In this document: positions 28,154-35,582 of the stretch, piece by piece
Layout of the letters: each line of letters begins with the position of its first letter
Position numbering within the stretch: position 1 is the stretch's first letter
NCBI GenBank assembly: GCA_044222185.1
Contig: JBGANV010000001.1
Coordinates: 128,001 to 192,000, forward strand
Length of the DNA stretch: 64,000 bases
Origin: Planctomycetota bacterium
Lineage (GTDB): Bacteria; Planctomycetota; GCA-002687715; CAIWVZ01
Direction: 5' to 3'
Made by a program: the position numbers and the translations under genes
Notes under the pieces: model-generated
Database searches by the model: none
What the model saw: the letters and a program-made list of their open reading frames with translations, nothing else
Told to the model about the DNA's origin: nothing

Positions 28154-30175
28154 ATGTTTCGCGAACTGAAGAAGCTCAGCGACGCCGAGCGCCTGCTGAA
28201 AGAAGGCCGTTTCGGCGACGTCCTGGCGCTGACGCGCGATCCCGAGATCTCCCAGCACCGGCGCGCCGTCGAGGTTCGGAAGGAAGCCCGCCTGGCCTTG
28301 GCAAACGCGGCCAAAGCGGACCTTAAGGAAGGCCGGGTGCCGGCGGCCGCGCAGAAGGTCCGTCTCGTGCTCGACGATGGGCCTGACGATGCGGCTGCGG
28401 CGCTCGATCGCGAGATCCGAAGTTCCGCAGAACGGGCCGATGCGCTCGATCGGGCGGCAGGCACCGCGCTGCGAGAGGCCCGGTGGCTCGCCGACCAGGG
28501 TGATCGTTCGCGCGCGCGGCGGATGTTGGAGAGCCATCCCACGCCGGCCGTCCGCGAGTTCCTCGATGGGCTCGAGGAAGCAGAACGCTCCGAGAACGCT
28601 GCGCTCACCCGCGCGCGCCAAGCGCTCTCGGCCGAGCCACGAGGCGTGAGCCCGCGAGCCGTCCTGAAGGAGGCTCGGTCGCAGGTGCGAGCGCAGGCGC
28701 CGCTCGCCAGGCTGCATGGCGAGGCGGCCGAGATGCTCCTGAAGGCGAAGGACTGGACGGAACTCGCCGGAGCGCTTGCTGACGCCATCTCGGGAGGGAT
28801 CGAATTCGGCGACACGATCGATCGCTACGGCGAGGCCCTGCTGGAAGCGGCGCGGGATCACGTTCTCGCGGGCGCGACGGCGGACGCCGCGTCTCTGCTC
28901 CGTGCCTTCCCGCTCAAGTCGACGTCGGACACCGCTGCCGCCGCACTCAGACAGGGGGTGTGGGCCGTCGGTCGCGCTGCGGCCCTCGCGCGTCGCGGTC
29001 ATGCTCGACTCGCGGAAGAGCTTTTCACCGAGGCCGAGGAACTTCTTCCCAAGGCCCGTGTCGCGAGGTCAGCTCGCGCCGAAGCGGAAGCGGCGGCCGA
29101 CGACGTCGAGGCCGCGATCGAAGAGGCGACCCGACTCGTGCGCGAGGGAAATCTGGCCGGCGCGCGCGAGCGCATCCGCGCGGCTGCGGGTGACGGGTTG
29201 GAGGAGAACCGCGCGCTCGAATTCGCGCAGGTGCTTGATGACGTGACCGCCGACGATGATGCGCGACTGGAAGAGGCGCGTCAGGCATCCGCCGCCGGTG
29301 ACACGCGCCGGGCCAAACGGATCGCACAGGGCCTCGTGCTGCGTCGTCCCGACCTCGCGGGAGCACGATTGCTTCTCGACGAACTGACCCAACGTGAAGA
29401 GCAGGCGCAGCGTGCGTCCGCCGACGCCGAGCGGCGCCTGCTGCGGAACGTCGCAGCGCGTGTGGAAGGGGTTGCCCACATGGAGACCCAACGTCCGCTC
29501 GTGCCACCACTTGCCTCCGACGTTCCCATTCTGCCGGGAGATCCGTTCTTCCTGCGCGTGGAGAACGAAGGAGATTGGTTCATCCATCCAGGGCGCGTCG
29601 TCTGGTTCGGGAACCAGGCCAACGGGCGCGCCGACCTTCCGGTGCTTGCCGCACTGGGGGCCCAGCATGCTTCCATCGAGCGCGTCGTCGATCCTCAGGG
29701 GGCCGCGAGGTACGTCTTCACCCTGGCGCCCGGACAGACCGCGTGGCGAAACCGCAGCCCCGTGACGACTTGCACGCTGGCCCCAGGCGACCTCATCCAG
29801 CTGGGGCCCTCGTTCGGGTTCACGTTCCAGCGGCCGAACCCCGCGAACACGTCGGCAGTACTTCGCATCCACGGCGACTTCACCGTGCACGGCTGTACCC
29901 GCGTCGTCCTGTTCTCGGAGACCGGGCGGAATGGTGCGATCCTTCTCGCTCCCGGGTCCGACGGCCACGCCGGTCTGCGAAGCGTGGACGCTCGGGTCGA
30001 GGTCTTCCGCGGCTTAGATGGTCCGCAGGGGGGCGAGCTGATGGCGCGCAGTCCCCATGGAATCGCATCCGGAGACGAGCCGGAGCGAGCGCAGGTGCGT
30101 GTTCGCAGCGGGCTGCCGCTTACGGTCGGTGCGCTTCGCATCCACGTCGATTCACTGAAGTCCTCGGCACGCTGA
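28154..30175 (+). CDS. Helical-repeat (TPR-like) protein with C-terminal degenerate FHA-like domain(s)
   Basis: AAGGAG SD before ATG 28154; Ala/Arg/Glu-rich helical N-terminus; C-terminal VWFGN..ADLPVLAALGAQHASI..LAPGDLIQLG beta-sandwich pattern. Confidence 0.65.
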   Translation: MFRELKKLSDAERLLKEGRFGDVLALTRDPEISQHRRAVEVRKEARLALANAAKADLKEGRVPAAAQKVRLVLDDGPDDAAAALDREIRSSAERADALDRAAGTALREARWLADQGDRSRARRMLESHPTPAVREFLDGLEEAERSENAALTRARQALSAEPRGVSPRAVLKEARSQVRAQAPLARLHGEAAEMLLKAKDWTELAGALADAISGGIEFGDTIDRYGEALLEAARDHVLAGATADAASLLRAFPLKSTSDTAAAALRQGVWAVGRAAALARRGHARLAEELFTEAEELLPKARVARSARAEAEAAADDVEAAIEEATRLVREGNLAGARERIRAAAGDGLEENRALEFAQVLDDVTADDDARLEEARQASAAGDTRRAKRIAQGLVLRRPDLAGARLLLDELTQREEQAQRASADAERRLLRNVAARVEGVAHMETQRPLVPPLASDVPILPGDPFFLRVENEGDWFIHPGRVVWFGNQANGRADLPVLAALGAQHASIERVVDPQGAARYVFTLAPGQTAWRNRSPVTTCTLAPGDLIQLGPSFGFTFQRPNPANTSAVLRIHGDFTVHGCTRVVLFSETGRNGAILLAPGSDGHAGLRSVDARVEVFRGLDGPQGGELMARSPHGIASGDEPERAQVRVRSGLPLTVGALRIHVDSLKSSAR

Positions 30176-30255
30176 CGGACGCTCCGGCCCACCGGAATAT
30201 CGGTCGGCCTTCGCGTAGACCGTCTCCAGTGTCCTCGCTGGGAGACAAGTACGCC

Positions 30256-31104
30256 ATGAAACGCTTCACAGTGCTCCTGACGCTGTTCGTTCTGGGAGCG
30301 AACCTTGTGGCGCAGGATGTGGAACCGACGCTGGCTCGCGCGGTTGTCCGGATCTCGCACCGGCTCGCACGAGAGCTGCCGTACCGAGCAGCCCCAGCGG
30401 ACGCGCTGATGCTGAGGCCGGAAAAGGGGACGCGAGCAGCAGCCATTCAGGCCCTCGGGCAGGCACTTCTGGCAGAGGGCTTTCGGATCCAGGCCGACCG
30501 CGCCGGCGCCGATGAGGCTCGCGTGCTCCCCCTGGCGATCTCGACCCGGCCGGCCGGGGAGGTCGTCGCACTTCGCGTCGCTACCAACGACGACCCTCCA
30601 TTCGCCATCGAATGCGCCTACGGCGGAGCCGGGTGGGTCGACGCGGCCGCAGACGGATCGCTCCGCCGGATCGTGATTGCAGGACCGCTCGCCGGTACAC
30701 CGGAGCGAGCCGTCGAACTCGCCCGCGGCCAGGTCGAGGAGCGCCTTCGCGCGGGTTTCCCCGCGTTGGCGCGCCGTCAGCCATCGAACTCCTTCCTGAA
30801 TCCGCGGCACCTGAGCTCTTTCATCGCGTCCGAGGGCGCGGGCGACTCGCGGCTGTTCCGTGCTTACGTAGCCGCGGAGCCGGAGATCCAACGCCTCGAG
30901 CGGGCCGAGCGGCTCGCCATCGGTGCCGAATGGATCGGGCCACTGGTTCGCCTTGGTCTCGGCGGTGCTGCGGCACTGACCTGCTGGCTCCTGTTCCTGC
31001 GGTCCGACTTCCGCTCCCGCGGGTACCGGACGGGCCGGCTGAGGATCGCGTTTGCTACGCTGTTCGCAGTTCTGACTGCGGGCATCTGGAGGCTGCCACT
31101 GTGA
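30256..31104 (+). CDS. Exported/membrane protein (signal peptide plus C-terminal TM hairpin)
   Basis: GGGAG SD; MKRFTVLLTLFVLGANLVA-Q; C-terminal TM-RSDFRSRGYRTGRLR-TM. Confidence 0.65.
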   Translation: MKRFTVLLTLFVLGANLVAQDVEPTLARAVVRISHRLARELPYRAAPADALMLRPEKGTRAAAIQALGQALLAEGFRIQADRAGADEARVLPLAISTRPAGEVVALRVATNDDPPFAIECAYGGAGWVDAAADGSLRRIVIAGPLAGTPERAVELARGQVEERLRAGFPALARRQPSNSFLNPRHLSSFIASEGAGDSRLFRAYVAAEPEIQRLERAERLAIGAEWIGPLVRLGLGGAAALTCWLLFLRSDFRSRGYRTGRLRIAFATLFAVLTAGIWRLPL

Positions 31105-32408
31105 TGGGCCTAGCCACCGAACCAGCCGCAGCCGGGCCTGAGCCAAGAGCGATGGACTGGGAAGGCTTCTTTCGAGCGTTCCGCGAGCCGGACTTCGTTC
31201 CCGGATATCAGATCCTGAACAAGCTCGGTGGCGGTGTATTCGGCGACGTCTACAAGGCGCGGAAGACGTCGATAGGGAAGTTCTATGCCGTCAAGTTCCT
31301 CAAGGTCCTCGACGAGCAGACTCGCGACGACGTTCTTCGCGAGCTGAAGTCCGTCGACGCCTTCGCCCAGGTCGATCATCCCCATCTCGTGTCCATCGAG
31401 GACAAGGGCGAGGTGAAGGGCATTCCCTACATCGTGATGAGCTACGCCGGAGACGAAACGCTCCGCACGCGACTGTCACAGGGGCCGCTGCCGGTGCCGA
31501 CGGCCTATCAGCTCTTCGGCCAGATCCTGCAGGGAGTCTCGGCACTTCACGAGCGATCGATCATTCACTTCGATCTGAAGCCGGCGAACGTCTTCCTCAA
31601 GGGGGAGGTTGCACGCGTCGGTGACTACGGCCTCTCGAAACTCGTCACGCAAACGGCGCGCACACTCTCCATGGGCCGAGGAACTCCGGCGTACATGGCC
31701 CCCGAGATGCTCCAGCGCAAGGGCGATGCGCGGTCAGACGTCTACTCGCTTGGCGCCATGCTCTTCGAGATGCTCGCCGGCAGGGCGCCGTTCGAAGGCG
31801 AGAGCGAGTGGGAAGTCCTCAAGAAACACGAGACGGCACCGGTCGTGTTCCCGGTCGCCATACCGGACGCCGTTCGTCCGCTCATCACGCAGGCGCTGGC
31901 GAAGGAGCCGGAGCGGAGGTTCAGGGACGCTGCCGCGATGATGAGGGCGTTCGAGGCAAGCATTGGTCAGTCGAACAGCGGGTCCGTGGCGATTCCGCCC
32001 CCCATCCTTCCTGCGGCAATGTCGAACGGTGCCTCCGCCGGCCTCGGGCAGCGTGTCGGGCAGGTCGTCGGCCGCGGTGCGGCGCAGGCCGGCGCGACCG
32101 TCGCAACGGTCGGGCAACGCATCCAGGACCTGTGGGACGTCGTGCGGACCGAAACCAGTGAGGCGGTGACGACTGCGCGCAACGCATACCAGCGCAACCG
32201 TCCGATGACGCCGCCGCCCGGTTTCCCGTCGAGGCCCACTCCGCCGCCCGTGCCCCGCCGGCGCGGCTTCTTCCTGACGGTGTTTGGCGCGCCCTTTCGC
32301 CTGGTGCGGTGGGTCTTCTCGAACCTCATCACGGTCGTCCTGACCTGCGCGATCGCCGGGGTCCTCATCGGGCTCGTCGATGTTGCCCTCGAAGCGCTGA
32401 TCAGATAG
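31104..32408 (+). CDS. Ser/Thr protein kinase (non-RD, HFD catalytic loop) with C-terminal membrane anchor
   Basis: LGGGVFGDV, YAVK, HFDLKPAN, DYGLSK, GTPAYMAPE, DVYSLG; Pro-rich linker and hydrophobic C-terminus; TGATG overlap. Confidence 0.92.
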   Translation: MGLATEPAAAGPEPRAMDWEGFFRAFREPDFVPGYQILNKLGGGVFGDVYKARKTSIGKFYAVKFLKVLDEQTRDDVLRELKSVDAFAQVDHPHLVSIEDKGEVKGIPYIVMSYAGDETLRTRLSQGPLPVPTAYQLFGQILQGVSALHERSIIHFDLKPANVFLKGEVARVGDYGLSKLVTQTARTLSMGRGTPAYMAPEMLQRKGDARSDVYSLGAMLFEMLAGRAPFEGESEWEVLKKHETAPVVFPVAIPDAVRPLITQALAKEPERRFRDAAAMMRAFEASIGQSNSGSVAIPPPILPAAMSNGASAGLGQRVGQVVGRGAAQAGATVATVGQRIQDLWDVVRTETSEAVTTARNAYQRNRPMTPPPGFPSRPTPPPVPRRRGFFLTVFGAPFRLVRWVFSNLITVVLTCAIAGVLIGLVDVALEALIR

Positions 32409-32417
32409 CCTCGCGCC

Positions 32418-33056
32418 GTGGGCGTCGCCGACTATGACATCACCAAGCTCCAGGCCCTCGACGAGGCCGAATGGAGCAAGCTTCGCGACGAGTATCACGA
32501 CCGCGTGTTCGGGTACGTGAAGCGGCAGATCGCTGACCCGGAGCTCGCGGAGGACCTCACTCAGGACACGTTCCTCGGCGCCATCCGCGGCATCCGCGGA
32601 TTCGACCGCCGCTACAACGTCGAGCAGTACCTCATGGGGATTGCTCGCAACAAGGTGATCGATCACCTGCGGAAGAAGCGCGCCGAGGTCAGCATCGCCG
32701 ACAAGAACGAAGACTCGTCGGGGTTCTTCAACATCACACCATCTCCGACCGCTCGACGCCCAAGCCAGATCCACTCGGCGCGCGAGACGATTACGCGGCA
32801 GAAGGACGCGCTCGTCGAGTGCCTCCACGACATGGTCCAGGACCTCAAGTCGAAGCGCGAGTTCAAGAAACTCATGGCGATCGAGCTGTGCTTCCTGAAA
32901 GACTGGAAGCACCGCGCCATCGCCGAGAAGCTGGCGATCTCGGACGAGAAATCCATCGCCGGGATCAAGTTCAGGGCAATTCGTGACCTTCAGCAGCGAC
33001 TCATGAAGCGCGACCCGCGCAAGACGCTCTTCAGCGAGTTGTGGAGGCAGGGATGA
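32418..33056 (+). CDS. ECF sigma factor (sigma70 group 4)
   Basis: Region 2 (ELAEDLTQDTF...YLMGIARNKVIDHLRK) and region 4 (KHRAIAEKLAIS..SIAGIKFRA). Confidence 0.9.
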   Translation: MGVADYDITKLQALDEAEWSKLRDEYHDRVFGYVKRQIADPELAEDLTQDTFLGAIRGIRGFDRRYNVEQYLMGIARNKVIDHLRKKRAEVSIADKNEDSSGFFNITPSPTARRPSQIHSARETITRQKDALVECLHDMVQDLKSKREFKKLMAIELCFLKDWKHRAIAEKLAISDEKSIAGIKFRAIRDLQQRLMKRDPRKTLFSELWRQG

Positions 33057-33472
33057 GGGACTGCCCGGAACTACGCGAGATCGCCCGTTTCGTCGAAACG
33101 GGAGAAGGTCCCAAGGACCTGGTCGATCACCTGAAGGTGTGCGACGCGTGCCAGGACGCCCGCGACAACCTGGAGGACGAGGTCACCAGCCTCCAGATCT
33201 CGATCTCGGAACTGTGGTTCCGCGAAGGCGTGTCCTGCGTCAGTCTCGAGGCGCTCCAGAAGTACGCAGCGCGCCAATTGCCGGCGGACGAGCAGGAATA
33301 CGTCGCGTTCCATCTGGAGACGCTCGAGTGCCGGACGTGCCAGGCCCGTCTCGGGGCGCACGAAACGGCAGCGTCACCCGAAGGTCGGCGTCGGATCACC
33401 CAGTCTCGATCCCGAGTCGCGGACGCGACGACGAGGCTCCTGGGGACGCTCCGAAAAGAACAGCGCCCTTGA
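33053..33472 (+). CDS. Small soluble protein with two zinc-binding (ZAS/zf-HC2-like) motifs; putative anti-sigma factor
   Basis: ATGA overlap with the ECF gene; C...HLKVCDAC and C...HLETLECRTC; no TM. Confidence 0.7.
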   Translation: MRDCPELREIARFVETGEGPKDLVDHLKVCDACQDARDNLEDEVTSLQISISELWFREGVSCVSLEALQKYAARQLPADEQEYVAFHLETLECRTCQARLGAHETAASPEGRRRITQSRSRVADATTRLLGTLRKEQRP

Positions 33473-33657
33473 TCCGGCGGCCGGGCGAGAGCGCCCGACT
33501 CCATGGTCGTTCCCCGCGCCGTCCGGCCCCCATCCCACGATTTTTCGTCGCCCGTAATACCGCCAGGGTGCCTACGTATGCGTCCCCCATCGGCCGGGAA
33601 TCGACGGTGGGTGATCCCCCCGCAAAATGAACCCGGAAACGCACAGGAGTTGCATCC

Positions 33658-34476
33658 ATGTTCAAGAAGCTGGTGATTGGGTCGGTGGTGTTCGCGGGTC
33701 TGGCGTTCTTGTTCCTGGGGCCGGCGGTCGTGTCGCACGCCCGGCATGCGTTCGGGTCCGTTCGCGAGGGCGTGCAGGGCGCGTTCCCCATCGAATACGA
33801 ACTCCAGCGGGCAGAGCGGATGATCCAGGACGTCGCGCCGGAGATCGAGAAGGCCAAACACTCCGTGGCGGAAGAGCAGGTCGAGATCTCCTACCTCGAG
33901 CAGGAGGTCACCCGGCTCGAGAAGCGCATCTCTGACTCGGAGCGCAAGGTCAAGTTGCAGAACGCCTCCATGAAGACGGGGGAGACGTCCTTCACCTTCG
34001 CGGGGCGCCAGTACACCCGCAACCAACTGGAGAACGACCTGCGGCTGACGTTCGACGAGTTCAAGAACGACCAGCAGCTGATCGGCAGCAAGAAGAAACT
34101 CCTCGAGGCCCGGACCGGGGCGCTCCAAGCCGCGATCCAGAGGCTCGAGGCCGTGCGGGCGCAGGAAGGCCAGCTCCGCGCGAACGTCGAGAACCTTCGT
34201 GCGCGGCTCCGTCACACGCAGGCCATCGAGGCGTGCAGTGGGAAGATCACCCTCGACGACGGCGCGCTCGCCCAGGCGAAGGAGATTCTCGCCCGGTGCC
34301 AGAAGCGGATCGACGTCGCGTCGAAGGTGATCGAGAACGAGGGTGCCCGTCCGGGGGCGATCGCGCCCGAGGCCATGGATGTCCGTGACATCACTGCGGA
34401 GGTCGACCGGTACTTCACGCAGCCCGCGCAGGCGCCGACCGTCGATGCGACGGCCTCCGCCCGCCTCGAGCGGTGA
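33658..34476 (+). CDS. Membrane-anchored coiled-coil protein, PspA/IM30 (ESCRT-III)-like
   Basis: AGGAG SD; N-terminal hydrophobic helix; PIEYELQRAERMIQD..EIEKAKHSVA heptads, LRARL..QA, LAQAKEILAR..KRID and C-terminal ITAEVD follow the PspA helix pattern (judged by eye). Confidence 0.6.
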   Translation: MFKKLVIGSVVFAGLAFLFLGPAVVSHARHAFGSVREGVQGAFPIEYELQRAERMIQDVAPEIEKAKHSVAEEQVEISYLEQEVTRLEKRISDSERKVKLQNASMKTGETSFTFAGRQYTRNQLENDLRLTFDEFKNDQQLIGSKKKLLEARTGALQAAIQRLEAVRAQEGQLRANVENLRARLRHTQAIEACSGKITLDDGALAQAKEILARCQKRIDVASKVIENEGARPGAIAPEAMDVRDITAEVDRYFTQPAQAPTVDATASARLER

Positions 34477-34508
34477 GCCACTGAGCGCGGTTCGTTCCGC
34501 GACTGAAG

Positions 34509-34550
34509 GAAGGCCGTCCGGCGTACCCGCCGACGGCCTTCGTCGTTTTT
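34509..34550 (+). terminator. Intrinsic terminator after the PspA-like gene
   Basis: GAAGGCCGTC(C)GGCG-TACC-CGCCGACGGCCTTC stem followed by GTCGTTTTT. Confidence 0.75.
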
Positions 34551-34694
34551 GCATCGAACGCAGGCCTGCGCACCGCGTCGGCGCGGGACTGGCTTCTTGT
34601 TCACGACGCGCCGGCGTCGGAAGATCGGCCACAGGCGGTCGCCGCTCGGCAGGCCGCACCACCGCCGTCTTCAGGTCAAAGGAGGACCCGTACC

Positions 34695-35534
34695 GTGACC
34701 GACTCCACCAACCCAGGCCCCCAGAGTCCGGCCCCTGCACCGGCCCCCGCCACGGCGACGGATTTCGCCATTCGCGAGATCGCCGCCAAGCGCGAGGCGA
34801 AGAAGCCGTCGCACGTGAGTGAACGGGAGTGGCAGCGGCACCGGTGCGCGGCGGGCACGATGGTGCTCATCCGCAGCCACTTCAAATCGATCTACCTCAT
34901 CCCGATGGCGGTGCTTTCACTGCTCTGCGGGATCTGGATGGTCTTCACGGACCCGGGCACGGCTGCCGATCCCCACGGCGTGTCCTACAAGATCGGGCTC
35001 GTCTGGATCCTGGCGTTCGTGTTCTACATGAACATCTTCATCTTCGAGTGGTCGCGAACCTGGACCTACGTCCTCCTGGCGACCATCCTCGCGCTCGTAT
35101 TCCTGGGGTTTGCGGTGAACGGCCCCGGATTCCCGGTCTGGCAGAAGGTCCGGGACGTGATCGGGGTGAGCCGCTTCGAGTTCTCGGCGCAGTCGTACTT
35201 CTTCTTCGCCATCTACTTCGCGTTTTGCGCCACTCTCTCGTGGCTGAAAACACGCTTGAACTACGTGGTCGTCGAGCACAACGAGATGCAGATGCACCGA
35301 AACGCCCTCTTCGGGGATCGGGAGCGTGTGTCCCTCCTCAACCCGCGGATCGAGGTTCGCGTTCCTGACATGCTGGAGTACTTCCACCCGTTGTATCGGG
35401 CCGGCCAGATCATCATCCACGCGCCCGACAGGACGATCGTCCTCGACAACGTCCTGCACATCCGCGCGATCGAGCGCACGCTCGACCACCTCACGGGGAC
35501 GTTGAGCGTGCAGGTCGAGAAGCCCGCAACTTGA
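34695..35534 (+). CDS. Four-TM membrane protein with a C-terminal cytoplasmic beta domain (bacterial PH-like)
   Basis: AAGGAGG SD; four hydrophobic segments; tail YRAGQIIIHAPDRTIVLDNVLHI resembles bPH_2 domains. Confidence 0.6.
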   Translation: MTDSTNPGPQSPAPAPAPATATDFAIREIAAKREAKKPSHVSEREWQRHRCAAGTMVLIRSHFKSIYLIPMAVLSLLCGIWMVFTDPGTAADPHGVSYKIGLVWILAFVFYMNIFIFEWSRTWTYVLLATILALVFLGFAVNGPGFPVWQKVRDVIGVSRFEFSAQSYFFFAIYFAFCATLSWLKTRLNYVVVEHNEMQMHRNALFGDRERVSLLNPRIEVRVPDMLEYFHPLYRAGQIIIHAPDRTIVLDNVLHIRAIERTLDHLTGTLSVQVEKPAT

Positions 35535-35582
35535 TCTCCCTCATCCCTTTCCGCGACATGCGCCGAACGTATGATTCGGCGC

